A DNA stretch of 64,000 nucleotides from contig OZ059896.1 of NCBI GenBank assembly GCA_964057225.1, positions 20,894,001 to 20,958,000 on the forward strand. Reading direction: 5' to 3'. The notes beneath the pieces are model-generated. The model was not told the origin of the DNA. It did no database searches and saw nothing but the letters and a program-made list of their open reading frames with translations. Positions 10,301 through 25,400 of the stretch are shown here, in pieces. This DNA is from Auanema rhodensis (lineage: Eukaryota; Animalia; Nematoda). The stretch's first letter is position 1, and each line of letters begins with the position of its first letter. The position numbers were made by a program, and so were the translations under genes.

Positions 10301-13300
10301 AAAAGTAGATGTTTTTAGATTCCATTTTTCAAGGCAAAGACGATAGACAATGTTATTCAACGAAAAAATTAATTCTTCAGGGTGAAAATCGAGGATATAA
10401 GTGTGAACTTATATCAGTTGATATCTCGGTGCATTTTCAAGCTAGCGCAAATCTGATAACACAGATCGACGCAGCTTAAAAATCCGCATCGAATGCACTA
10501 TACTACATTGAGAAACGCTTGATACAAAAATTAGTTATGATCGTTTGAAAAATGATGCATTAGTGTATGTTGAGTTTCCATGTACACTCAACATTGCTTC
10601 CAAAAACATTTTGACAAAAATTTTTTCGAAAAATTTCAAAATAATTTAGCAAAAAGTAGATGTTTTTAGATTTCTTTTTTCAAGGCAAAGACGATAGACA
10701 ATGTTATTCAACGAAAAAATTAATTCTTCAGGGTGAAAATCGAGGATATAAGTGTGAACTTATATCAGTTGATATCTCGGTGCATTTTTAAGCTAGCGCA
10801 AATCTGATAACACAGATCGACGCAGCTTAAAAATCCGCATCGAATGCACTATACTACATTGAGAAACGCTTGATACACAAATTAGTTATGATCGTTTGAA
10901 AAATGATGCATTAGTGTATGTTGAGTTTCCATGTACACTCAACATTGCTTCCAAAAACAGTTTGACAAAAATTTTTTCGAAAAATTTCAAAATAATTTAG
11001 CAAAAAGTAGATGTTTTTAGATTTCTTTTTTCAAGGCAAAGACGATGGACAATGTTATTCAACGAAAAAATTAATTCTTCAGGGTGAAAATCGAGGATAT
11101 AAGTGTGAACTTATATCAGTTGATATCTCGGTGCATTTTTAAGCTAGCGCAAATCTGATAACACAGATCGACGCAGCTTAAAAATCCGCATCGAATGCAC
11201 TATACTACATTGAGAAACGCTTGATACAAAAATTAGTTATGATCGTTTGAAAAATGATGCATTAGTGTATGTTGAGTTTCCATGTACACTCAACATTGCT
11301 TCCAAAAACATTTTGACAAAAATTTTTTCGAAAAATTTCAAAATAATTTAGCAAAAAGTAGATGTTTTTAGATTTCTTTTTTCAAGGCAAAGACGATGGA
11401 CAATGTTATTCAACGAAAAAATTAATTCTTCAGGGTGAAAATCGAGGATATAAGTGTGAACTTATATCAGTTGATATCTCGGTGCATTTTTAAGCTAGCG
11501 CAAATCTGATAACACAGATCGACGCAGCTTAAAAATCCGCATCGAATGCACTATACTACATTGAGAAACGCTTGATACAAAAATTAGTTATGATCGTTTG
11601 AAAAATGATGCATTAGTGTATGTTGAGTTTCCATGTACACTCAACATTGCTTCCAAAAACATTTTGACAAAAATTTTTTCGAAAAATTTCAAAATAATTT
11701 AGCAAAAAGTAGATGTTTTTAGATTTCTTTTTTCAAGGCAAAGACGATAGACAATGTTATTCAACGAAAAAATTAATTCTTCAGGGTGAAAATCGAGGAT
11801 ATAAGTGTGAACTTATATCAGTTGATATCTCGGTGCATTTTTAAGCTAGCGCAAATCTGATAACACAGATCGACGCAGCTTAAAAATCCGCATCGAATGC
11901 ACTATACTACATTGAGAAACGCTTAATACACAAATTAGTTATGATCGTTTGAAAAATGATGCATTAGTGTATGTTGAGTTTCCATGTACACTCAACATTG
12001 CTTCCAAAAACAGTTTGACAAAAATTTTTTCGAAAAATTTCAAAATAATTTAGCAAAAAGTAGATGTTTTTAGATTTCTTTTTTCAAGGCAAAGACGATG
12101 GACAATGTTATTCAACGAAAAAATTAATTCTTCAGGGTGAAAATCGAGGATATAAGTGTGAACTTATATCAGTTGATATCTCGGTGCATTTTTAAGCTAG
12201 CGCAAATCTGATAACACAGATCGACGCAGCTTAAAAATCCGCATCGAATGCACTATACTACATCAAGAAACGCTTGATACAAAAATTAGTTATGATCGTT
12301 TGAAAAATGATGCATTAGTGTATGTTGAGTTTCCATGTACACTCAACATTGCTTCCAAAAACATTTTGACAAAAATTTTTTCGAAAAATTTCAAAATAAT
12401 TTAGCAAGAAGTAGATGTTTTTAGATTTCTTTTTTCAAGGCAAAGACGATGGACAATGTTATTCAACGAAAAAATTAATTCTTCAGGGTGAAAATCGAGG
12501 ATATAAGTGTGAACTTATATCAGTTGATATCTCGGTGCATTTTTAAGCTAGCGCAAATCTGATAACACAGATCGACGCAGCTTAAAAATCCGCATCGAAT
12601 GCACTATACTACATTGAGAAACGCTTGATACAAAAATTAGTTATGATCGTTTGAAAAATGATGCATTAGTGTATGTTGAGTTTCCATGTACACTCAACAT
12701 TGCTTCCAAAAACATTTTGACAAAAATTTTTTCGAAAAATTTCAAAATAATTTAGCAAGAAGTAGATGTTTTTAGATTCCATTTTTCAAGGCAAAGACGA
12801 TAGACAATGTTATTCAACGAAAAAATTAATTCTTCAGGGTGAAAATCGAGGATATAAGTGTGAACTTATATCAGTTGATATCTCGGTGCATTTTTAAGCT
12901 AGCGCAAATCTGATAACACAGATCGACGCAGCTTAAAAATCCACATCGAATGCACTTTACTACATTGAGAAACGCTTGATACAAAAATTAGTTATGATCG
13001 TTTGAAAAATGATGCATTAGTGTATGTTGAGTTTCCATGTACACTCAACATTGCTTCCAAAAACATTTTGACAAAAATTTTTTCGAAAAATTCCAAAATA
13101 ATTTAGCAAAAAGTAGATGTTTTTAGATTCCTTTTTTCAAGGCAAAGACGATGGACAATGTTATTCAACGAAAAAATTAATTCTTCAGGGTGAAAATCGA
13201 GGATATAAGTGTGAACTTATATCAGTTGATATCTCGGTGCATTTCTAAGCTAGCGCAAATCTGATAACACAGATCGACGCAGCTTAAAAATTCGCATCGA

Positions 13301-13689
13301 ATGCACTATACTACATTGAGAAACGCTTGATACAAAAATTAGTTATGATCGTTTGAAAAATGATGCATTAGTGTATGTTGAGTTTCCATGTACACTCAAC
13401 ATTGCTTCCAAAAACATTTTGACAAAAATTTTTTCGAAAAATTTCAAAATAATTTAGCAAAAAGTAGATGTTTTTAGATTCCATTTTTCAAGGCAAAGAC
13501 GATAGACAATGTTATTCAACGAAAAAATTAATTCTTCAGGGTGAAAATCGAGGATATAAGTGTGAACTTATATCAGTTGATATCTCGGTGCATTTTCAAG
13601 CTAGCGCAAATCTGATAACACAGATCGACGCAGCTTAAAAATCCGCATCGAATGCACTATACTACATTGAGAAACGCTTGATACAAAAA
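7372..13689. repeat. Higher-order duplication: 9-mer (3159 bp) x2 (U22-U30 ~ U31-U39)
   Basis: Private variants T106C (9934 and 13093) and C305T recur exactly 3159 bp apart, and the order of flanking unit haplotypes matches with a few differences. Confidence 0.85.
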
Positions 13690-16600
13690 TTAGTTATGAT
13701 CGTTTGAAAAATGATGCATTAGTGTATGTTGAGTTTCCATGTACACTCAACATTGCTTCCAAAAACATTTTGACAAAAATTTTTTCGAAAAATTTCAAAA
13801 TAATTTAGCAAAAAGTAGATGTTTTTAGAATCCATTTTTCAAGGCAAAGACGATAGACAATGTTATTCAACGAAAAAATTAATTCTTCAGGGTGAAAATC
13901 GAGGATATAAGTGTGAACTTATATCAGTTGATATCTCGGTGCATTTTTAAGCTAGCGCAAATCTGATAACACAGATCGACGCAGCTTAAAAATCCGCATC
14001 GAATGCACTATACTACATTGAGAAACGCTTAATACACAAATTAGTTATGATCGTTTGAAAAATGATGCATTAGTGTATGTTGAGTTTCCATGTACACTCA
14101 ACATTGCTTCCAAAAACATTTTGACAAAAATTTTTTCGAAAAATTTCAAAATAATTTAGCAAGAAGTAGATGTTTTTAGATTTCTTTTTTCAAGGCAAAG
14201 ACGATGGACAATGTTATTCAACGAAAAAATTAATTCTTCAGGGTGAAAATCGAGGATATAAGTGTGAACTTATATCAGTTGATATCTCGGTGCATTTCTA
14301 AGCTAGCGCAAATCTGATAACACAGATCGACGCAGCTTAAAAATCCGCATCGAATGCACTATACTACATTGAGAAACGCTTGATACAAAAATTAGTTATG
14401 ATCGTTTGAAAAATGATGCATTAGTGTATGTTGAGTTTCCATGTACACTCAACATTGCTTCCAAAAACATTTTGACAAAAATTTTTTCGAAAAATTTCGA
14501 AATAATTTAGCAAAAAGTAGATGTTTTTAGATTCCATTTCTCAAGGCAAAGACGATAGACAATGTTATTCAACGAAAAAATTAATTCTTCAGGGTGAAAA
14601 TCGAGGATATAAGTGTGAACTTATATCAGTTGATATCTCGGTGCATTTCTAAGCTAGCGCAAATCTGATAACACAGATCGACGCAGCTTAAAAATCCGCA
14701 TCGAATGCACTATACTACATTGAGAAACGCTTGATACAAAAATTAGTTATGATCGTTTGAAAAATGATGCATTAGTGTATGTTGAGTTTCCATGTACACT
14801 CAACATTGCTTCCAAAAACATTTTGACAAAAATTTTTTCGAAAAATTTCAAAATAATTTAGCAAAAAGTAGATGTTTTTAGATTCCATTTTTCAAGGCAA
14901 AGACGATAGACAATGTTATTCAACGAAAAAATTAATTCTTCAGGGTGAAAATCGAGGATATAAGTGTAAACTTATATCAGTTGATATCTCGGTGCATTTC
15001 TAAGCTAGCGCAAATCTGATAACACAGATCGACGCAGCTTAAAAATCCGCATCGAATGCACTATACTACATTGAGAAACGCTTGATACAAAAATTAGTTA
15101 TGATCGTTTGAAAAATGATGCATTAGTGTATGTTGAGTTTCCATGTACACTCAACATTGCTTCCAAAAACATTTTGACAAAAATTTTTTCGAAAAATTTC
15201 AAAATAATTTAGCAAAAAGTAGATGTTTTTAGATTCCATTTTTCAAGGCAAAGACGATAGACAATGTTATTCAACGAAAAAATTAATTCTTCAGGGTGAA
15301 AATCGAGGATATAAGTGTGAACTTATATCAGTTGATATCTCGGTGCATTTTTAAGCTAGCGCAAATCTGATAACACAGATCGACGCAGCTTAAAAATCCA
15401 CATCGAATGCACTTTACTACATTGAGAAACGCTTGATACAAAAATTAGTTATGATCGTTTGAAAAATGATGCATTAGTGTATGTTGAGTTTCCATGTACA
15501 CTCAACATTGCTTCCAAAAACATTTTGACAAAAATTTTTTCGAAAAATTTCAAAATAATTTAGCAAAAAGTAGATGTTTTTAGATTCCATTTTTCAAGGC
15601 AAAGACGATAGACAATGTTATTCAACGAAAAAATTAATTCTTCAGGGTGAAAATCGAGGATATAAGTGTAAACTTATATCAGTTGATATCTCGGTGCATT
15701 TTCAAGCTAGCGCAAATCTGATAACACAGATCGACGCAGCTTAAAAATCCGCATCGAATGCACTATACTACATTGAGAAACGCTTGATACAAAAATTAGT
15801 TATGATCGTTTGAAAAATGATGCATTAGTGTATGTTGAGTTTCCATGTACACTCAACATTGCTTCCAAAAACATTTTGACAAAAATTTTTTCGAAAAATT
15901 TCAAAATAATTTAGCAAAAAGTAGATGTTTTTAGATTCCATTTTTCAAGGCAAAGACGATAGACAATGTTATTCAACGAAAAAATTAATTCTTCAGGGTG
16001 AAAATCGAGGATATAAGTGTGAACTTATATCAGTTGATATCTCGGTGCATTTTTAAGCTAGCGCAAATCTGATAACACAGATCGACGCAGCTTAAAAATC
16101 CGCATCGAATGCACTATACTACATTGAGAAACGCTTAATACACAAATTAGTTATGATCGTTTGAAAAATGATGCATTAGTGTATGTTGAGTTTCCATGTA
16201 CACTCAACATTGCTTCCAAAAACAGTTTGACAAAAATTTTTTCGAAAAATTTCAAAATAATTTAGCAAAAAGTAGATGTTTTTAGATTTCTTTTTTCAAG
16301 GCAAAGACGATGGACAATGTTATTCAACGAAAAAATTAATTCTTCAGGGTGAAAATCGAGGATATAAGTGTGAACTTATATCAGTTGATATCTCGGTGCA
16401 TTTTTAAGCTAGCGCAAATCTGATAACACAGATCGACGCAGCTTAAAAATCCGCATCGAATGCACTATACTACATCAAGAAACGCTTGATACAAAAATTA
16501 GTTATGATCGTTTGAAAAATGATGCATTAGTGTATGTTGAGTTTCCATGTACACTCAACATTGCTTCCAAAAACATTTTGACAAAAATTTTTTCGAAAAA

Positions 16601-19600
16601 TTTCAAAATAATTCAGCAAGAAGTAGATGTTTTTAGATTTCTTTTTTCAAGGCAAAGACGATGGACAATGTTATTCAACGAAAAAATTAATTCTTCAGGG
16701 TGAAAATCGAGGATATAAGTGTGAACTTATATCAGTTGATATCTCGGTGCATTTTTAAGCTAGCGCAAATCTGATAACACAGATCGACGCAGCTTAAAAA
16801 TCCGCATCGAATGCACTATACTACATTGAGAAACGCTTGATACAAAAATTAGTTATGATCGTTTGAAAAATGATGCATTAGTGTATGTTGAGTTTCCATG
16901 TACACTCAACATTGCTTCCAAAAACATTTTGACAAAAATTTTTTCGAAAAATTTCAAAATAATTTAGCAAAAAGTAGATGTTTTTAGATTCCATTTTTCA
17001 AGGCAAAGACGATAGACAATGTTATTCAACGAAAAAATTAATTCTTCAGGGTGAAAATCGAGGATATATGTGTGAACTTATATCAGTTGATATCTCGGTG
17101 CATTTTTAAGCTAGCGCAAATCTGATAACACAGATCGACGCAGCTTAAAAATCCACATCGAATGCACTTTACTACATTGAGAAACGCTTGATACAAAAAT
17201 TAGTTATGATCGTTTGAAAAATGATGCATTAGTGTATGTTGAGTTTCCATGTACACTCAACATTGCTTCCAAAAACATTTTGACAAAAATTTTTTCGAAA
17301 AATTTCAAAATAATTTAGCAAAAAGTAGATGTTTTTAGATTCCTTTTTTCAAGGCAAAGACGATAGACAATGTTATTCAACGAAAAAATTAATTCTTCAG
17401 GGTGAAAATCGAGGATATAAGTGTGAACTTATATCAGTTGATATCTCGGTGCATTTCTAAGCTAGCGCAAATCTGATAACACAGATCGACGCAGCTTAAA
17501 AATCCGCATCGAATGCACTATACTACATTGAGAAACGCTTGATACAAAAATTAGTTATGATCGTTTGAAAAATGATGCATTAGTGTATGTTGAGTTTCCA
17601 TGTACACTCAACATTGCTTCCAAAAACAGTTTGACAAAAATTTTTTCGAAAAATTTCAAAATAATTTAGCAAAAAGTAGATGTTTTTAGATTTCTTTTTT
17701 CAAGGCAAAGACGATGGACAATGTTATTCAACGAAAAAATTAATTCTTCAGGGTGAAAATCGAGGATATAAGTGTGAACTTATATCAGTTGATATCTCGG
17801 TGCATTTTTAAGCTAGCGCAAATCTGATAACACAGATCGACGCAGCTTAAAAATCCGCATCGAATGCACTATACTACATTGAGAAACGCTTGATACAAAA
17901 ATTAGTTATGATCGTTTGAAAAATGATGCATTAGTGTATGTTGAGTTTCCATGTACACTCAACATTGCTTCCAAAAACATTTTGACAAAAATTTTTTCGA
18001 AAAATTTCAAAATAATTTAGCAAAAAGTAGATGTTTTTAGATTTCTTTTTTCAAGGCAAAGACGATGGACAATGTTATTCAACGAAAAAATTAATTCTTC
18101 AGGGTGAAAATCGAGGATATAAGTGTGAACTTATATCAGTTGATATCTCGGTGCATTTTTAAGCTAGCGCAAATCTGATAACACAGATCGACGCAGCTTA
18201 AAAATCCGCATCGAATGCACTATACTACATTGAGAAACGCTTGATACAAAAATTAGTTATGATCGTTTGAAAAATGATGCATTAGTGTATGTTGAGTTTC
18301 CATGTACACTCAACATTGCTTCCAAAAACATTTTGACAAAAATTTTTTCGAAAAATTTCAAAATAATTTAGCAAAAAGTAGATGTTTTTAGATTCCATTT
18401 TTCAAGGCAAAGACGATAAACAATGTTATTCAACGAAAAAATTAATTCTTCAGGGTGAAAATCGAGGATATAAGTGTGAACTTATATCAGTTGATATCTC
18501 GGTGCATTTTTAAGCTAGCGCAAATCTGATAACACAGATCGACGCAGCTTAAAAATCCGCATCGAATGCACTATACTACATTGAGAAACGCTTGATACAA
18601 AAATTAGTTATGATCGTTTGAAAAATGATGCATTAGTGTATGTTGAGTTTCCATGTACACTCAACATTGCTTCCAAAAACATTTTGACAAAAATTTTTTC
18701 GAAAAATTTCAAAATAATTTAGCAAAAAGTAGATGTTTTTAGATTCCATTTTTTAAGGCAAAGACGATAGACAATGTTATTCAACGAAAAAATTAATTCT
18801 TCAGGGTGAAAATCGAGGATATAAGTGTGAACTTATATCAGTTGATATCTCGGTGCATTTTTAAGCTAGCGCAAATCTGATAACACAGATCGACGCAGCT
18901 TAAAAATCCGCATCGAATGCACTATACTACATTGAGAAACGCTTGATACAAAAATTAGTTATGATCGTTTGAAAAATGATGCATTAGTGTATGTTGAGTT
19001 TCCATGTACACTCAACATTGCTTCCAAAAACATTTTGACAAAAATTTTTTCGAAAAATTTCAAAATAATTTAGCAAAAAGTAGATGTTTTTAGATTCCAT
19101 TTTTCAAGGCAAAGACGATAGACAATGTTATTCAACGAAAAAATTAATTCTTCAGGGTGAAAATCGAGGATATAAGTGTGAACTTATATCAGTTGATATC
19201 TCGGTGCATTTTCAAGCTAGCGCAAATCTGATAACACAGATCGACGCAGCTTAAAAATCCGCATCGAATGCACTATACTACATTGAGAAACGCTTGATAC
19301 AAAAATTAGTTATGATCGTTTGAAAAATGATGCATTAGTGTATGTTGAGTTTCCATGTACACTCAACATTGCTTCCAAAAACATTTTGACAAAAATTTTT
19401 TCGAAAAATTTCAAAATAATTTAGCAAAAAGTAGATGTTTTTAGATTCCTTTTTTTAAGGCAAAGACGATAGACAATGTTATTCAACGAAAAAATTAATT
19501 CTTCAGGGTGAAAATCGAGGATATAAGTGTGAACTTATATCAGTTGATATCTCGGTGCATTTTCAAGCTAGCGCAAATCTGATAACACAGATCGACGCAG

Positions 19601-21899
19601 CTTAAAAATCCGCATCGAATGCACTATACTACATTGAGAAACGCTTGATACAAAAATTAGTTATGATCGTTTGAAAAATGATGCATTAGTGTATGTTGAG
19701 TTTCCATGTACACTCAACATTGCTTCCAAAAACATTTTGACAAAAATTTTTTCGAAAAATTTCAAAATAATTTAGCAAAAAGTAGATGTTTTTAGATTCC
19801 ATTTTTCAAGGCAAAGACGATAGACAATGTTATTCAACGAAAAAATTAATTCTTCAGGGTGAAAATCGAGGATATAAGTGTGAACTTATATCAGTTGATA
19901 TCTCGGTGCATTTTCAAGCTAGCGCAAATCTGATAACACAGATCGACGCAGCTTAAAAATCCGCATCGAATGCACTATACTACATTGAGAAACGCTTGAT
20001 ACAAAAATTAGTTATGATCGTTTGAAAAATGATGCATTAGTGTATGTTGAGTTTCCATGTACACTCAACATTGCTTCCAAAAACATTTTGACAAAAATTT
20101 TTTCGAAAAATTTCAAAATAATTTAGCAAAAAGTAGATGTTTTTAGATTCCTTTTTTTAAGGCAAAGACGATAGACAATGTTATTAAACGAAAAAATTAA
20201 TTCTTCAGGGTGAAAATCGAGGATATAAGTGTGAACTTATATCAGTTGATATCTCGGTGCATTTTCAAGCTAGCGGAAATCTGATAACACAGATCGACGC
20301 AGCTTAAAAATCCGCATCGAATGCACTATACTACATTGAGAAACGCTTGATACAAAAATTAGTTATGATCGTTTGAAAAATGATGCATTAGTGTATGTTG
20401 AGTTTCCATGTACACTCAACATTGCTTCCAAAAACATTTTGACAAAAATTTTTTCGAAAAATTTCAAAATAATTTAGCAAAAAGTAGATGTTTTTAGATT
20501 CCATTTTTCAAGGCAAAGACGATAGACAATGTTATTCAACGAAAAAATTAATTCTTCAGGGTGAAAATCGAGGATATAAGTGTGAACTTATATCAGTTGA
20601 TATCTCGGTGCATTTTCAAGCTAGCGCAAATCTGATAACACAGATCGACGCAGCTTAAAAATCCGCATCGAATGCACTATACTACATTGAGAAACGCTTG
20701 ATACAAAAATTAGTTATGATCGTTTGAAAAATGATGCATTAGTGTATGTTGAGTTTCCATGTACACTCAACATTGCTTCCAAAAACATTTTGACAAAAAT
20801 TTTTTCGAAAAATTTCAAAATAATTTAGCAAGAAGTAGATGTTTTTAGATTTCTTTTTTCAAGGCAAAGACGGTGGACAATGTTATTCAACGAAAAAATT
20901 AATTCTTCAGGGTGAAAATCGAGGATATAAGTGTGAACTTATATCAGTTGATATCTCGGTGCATTTTTAAGCTAGCGCAAATCTGATAACACAGATCGAC
21001 GCAGCTTAAAAATCCGCATCGAATGCACTATACTACATTGAGAAACGCTTGATACAAAAATTAGTTATGATCGTTTGAAAAATGATGCATTAGTGTATGT
21101 TGAGTTTCCATGTACACTCAACATTGCTTCCAAAAACATTTTGACAAAAATTTTTTCGAAAAATTTCAAAATAATTTAGCAAAAAGTAGATGTTTTTAGA
21201 TTCCATTTTTCAAGGCAAAGACGATAGACAATGTTATTCAACGAAAAAATTAATTCTTCAGGGTGAAAATCGAGGATATAAGTGTGAACTTATATCAGTT
21301 GATATCTCGGTGCATTTTCAAGCTAGCGCAAATCTGATAACACAGATCGACGCAGCTTAAAAATCCGCATCGAATGCACTATACTACATTGAGAAACGCT
21401 TGATACAAAAATTAGTTATGATCGTTTGAAAAATGATGCATTAGTGTATGTTGAGTTTCCATGTACACTCAACATTGCTTCCAAAAACATTTTGACAAAA
21501 ATTTTTTCGAAAAATTTCAAAATAATTTAGCAAAAAGTAGATGTTTTTAGATTCCATTTTTCAAGGCAAAGACGATAGACAATGTTATTCAACGAAAAAA
21601 TTAATTCTTCAGGGTGAAAATCGAGGATATAAGTGTGAACTTATATCAGTTGATATCTCGGTGCATTTTCAAGCTAGCGCAAATCTGATAACACAGATCG
21701 ACGCAGCTTAAAAATCCGCATCGAATGCACTATACTACATTGAGAAACGCTTGATACAAAAATTAGTTATGATCGTTTGAAAAATGATGCATTAGTGTAT
21801 GTTGAGTTTCCATGTACACTCAACATTGCTTCCAAAAACATTTTGACAAAAATTTTTTCGAAAAATTTCAAAATAATTCAGCAAGAAGTAGATGTTTTT

Positions 21900-24800
21900 A
21901 GATTTCTTTTTTCAAGGCAAAGACGATGGACAATGTTATTCAACGAAAAAATTAATTCTTCAGGGTGAAAATCGAGGATATAAGTGTGAACTTATATCAG
22001 TTGATATCTCGGTGCATTTTTAAGCTAGCGCAAATCTGATAACACAGATCGACGCAGCTTAAAAATCCGCATCGAATGCACTATACTACATTGAGAAACG
22101 CTTGATACAAAAATTAGTTATGATCGTTTGAAAAATGATGCATTAGTGTATGTTGAGTTTCCATGTACACTCAACATTGCTTCCAAAAACATTTTGACAA
22201 AAATTTTTTCGAAAAATTTCAAAATAATTTAGCAAAAAGTAGATGTTTTTAGATTCCATTTTTCAAGGCAAAGACGATAGACAATGTTATTCAACGAAAA
22301 AATTAATTCTTCAGGGTGAAAATCGAGGATATAAGTGTGAACTTATATCAGTTGATATCTCGGTGCATTTTCAAGCTAGCGCAAATCTGATAACACAGAT
22401 CGACGCAGCTTAAAAATCCGCATCGAATGCACTATACTACATTGAGAAACGCTTGATACAAAAATTAGTTATGATCGTTTGAAAAATGATGCATTAGTGT
22501 ATGTTGAGTTTCCATGTACACTCAACATTGCTTCCAAAAACATTTTGACAAAAATTTTTTCGAAAAATTTCAAAATAATTTAGCAAAAAGTAGATATTTT
22601 TAGATTCCATTTTTCAAGGCAAAGACGATAGACAATGTTATTCAACGAAAAAATTAATTCTTCAGGGTGAAAATCGAGGATATAAGTGTGAACTTATATC
22701 AGTTGATATCTCGGTGCATTTTCAAGCTAGCGCAAATCTGATAACACAGATCGACGCAGCTTAAAAATCCGCATCGAATGCACTATACTACATTGAGAAA
22801 CGCTTGATACAAAAATTAGTTATGATCGTTTGAAAAATGATGCATTAGTGTATGTTGAGTTTCCATGTACACTCAACATTGCTTCCAAAAACATTTTGAC
22901 AAAAATTTTTTCGAAAAATTTCAAAATAATTTAGCAAAAAGTAGATGTTTTTAGATTCCATTTTTCAAGGCAAAGACGATAGACAATGTTATTCAACGAA
23001 AAAATTAATTCTTCAGGGTGAAAATCGAGGATATAAGTGTGAACTTATATCAGTTGATATCTCGGTGCATTTTCAAGCTAGCGCAAATCTGATAACACAG
23101 ATCGACGCAGCTTAAAAATCCGCATCGAATGCACTATACTACATTGAGAAACGCTTGATACAAAAATTAGTTATGATCGTTTGAAAAATGATGCATTAGT
23201 GTATGTTGAGTTTCCATGTACACTCAACATTGCTTCCAAAAACATTTTGACAAAAATTTTTTCGAAAAATTTCAAAATAATTTAGCAAAAAGTAGATGTT
23301 TTTAGATTCCATTTTTTAAGGCAAAGACGATAAACAATGTTATTCAACGAAAAAATTAATTCTTCAGGGTGAAAATCGAGGATATAAGTGTGAACTTATA
23401 TCAGTTGATATCTCGGTGCATTTTCAAGCTAGCGCAAATCTGATAACACAGATCGACGCAGCTTAAAAATCCGCATCGAATGCACTATACTACATTGAGA
23501 AACGCTTGATACAAAAATTAGTTATGATCGTTTGAAAAATGATGCATTAGTGTATGTTGAGTTTCCATGTACACTCAACATTGCTTCCAAAAACATTTTG
23601 ACAAAAATTTTTTCGAAAAATTTCAGAATAATTTAGCAAAAAGTAGATGTTTTTAGATTTCTTTTTTCAAGGCAAAGACGATGGACAATGTTATTCAACG
23701 AAAAAATTAATTCTTCAGGGTGAAAATCGAGGATATAAGTGTGAACTTATATCAGTTGATATCTCGGTGCATTTTTAAGCTAGCGCAAATCTGATAACAC
23801 AGATCGACGCAGCTTAAAAATCCGCATCGAATGCACTATACTACATTGAGAAACGCTTGATACAAAAATTAGTTATGATCGTTTGAAAAATGATGCATTA
23901 GTGTATGTTGAGTTTCCATGTACACTCAACATTGCTTCCAAAAACATTTTGACAAAAATTTTTTCGAAAAATTTCAAAATAATTTAGCAAAAAGTAGATG
24001 TTTTTAGATTCCATTTTTCAAGGCAAAGACGATAGACAATGTTATTCAACGAAAAAATTAATTCTTCAGGGTGAAAATCGAGGATATAAGTGTGAACTTA
24101 TATCAGTTGATATCTCGGTGCATTTTCAAGCTAGCGCAAATCTGATAACACAGATCGACGCAGCTTAAAAATCCGCATCGAATGCACTATACTACATTGA
24201 GAAACGCTTGATACAAAAATTAGTTATGATCGTTTGAAAAATGATGCATTAGTGTATGTTGAGTTTCCATGTACACTCAACATTGCTTCCAAAAACATTT
24301 TGACAAAAATTTTTTCGAAAAATTTCAAAATAATTTAGCAAAAAGTAGATATTTTTAGATTCCATTTTTCAAGGCAAAGACGATAGACAATGTTATTCAA
24401 CGAAAAAATTAATTCTTCAGGGTGAAAATCGAGGATATAAGTGTGAACTTATATCAGTTGATATCTCGGTGCATTTTCAAGCTAGCGCAAATCTGATAAC
24501 ACAGATCGACGCAGCTTAAAAATCCGCATCGAATGCACTATACTACATTGAGAAACGCTTGATACAAAAATTAGTTATGATCGTTTGAAAAATGATGCAT
24601 TAGTGTATGTTGAGTTTCCATGTACACTCAACATTGCTTCCAAAAACATTTTGACAAAAATTTTTTCGAAAAATTTCAAAATAATTTAGCAAAAAGTAGA
24701 TGTTTTTAGATTCCATTTTTCAAGGCAAAGACGATAGACAATGTTATTCAACGAAAAAATTAATTCTTCAGGGTGAAAATCGAGGATATAAGTGTGAACT

Positions 24801-25400
24801 TATATCAGTTGATATCTCGGTGCATTTTCAAGCTAGCGCAAATCTGATAACACAGATCGACGCAGCTTAAAAATCCGCATCGAATGCACTATACTACATT
24901 GAGAAACGCTTGATACAAAAATTAGTTATGATCGTTTGAAAAATGATGCATTAGTGTATGTTGAGTTTCCATGTACACTCAACATTGCTTCCAAAAACAT
25001 TTTGACAAAAATTTTTTCGAAAAATTTCAAAATAATTTAGCAAAAAGTAGATGTTTTTAGATTCCATTTTTTAAGGCAAAGACGATAAACAATGTTATTC
25101 AACGAAAAAATTAATTCTTCAGGGTGAAAATCGAGGATATAAGTGTGAACTTATATCAGTTGATATCTCGGTGCATTTTCAAGCTAGCGCAAATCTGATA
25201 ACACAGATCGACGCAGCTTAAAAATCCGCATCGAATGCACTATACTACATTGAGAAACGCTTGATACAAAAATTAGTTATGATCGTTTGAAAAATGATGC
25301 ATTAGTGTATGTTGAGTTTCCATGTACACTCAACATTGCTTCCAAAAACATTTTGACAAAAATTTTTTCGAAAAATTTCAGAATAATTTAGCAAAAAGTA
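21900..25400. repeat. Higher-order duplication: 5-mer (1755 bp) x2 with a mid-monomer junction in U68 (ends approximate)
   Basis: Private G132A (GATATTTT) in U65 and U70; T151+TAAAC in U67 and U72; A109G in U68 and U73. Confidence 0.8.
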
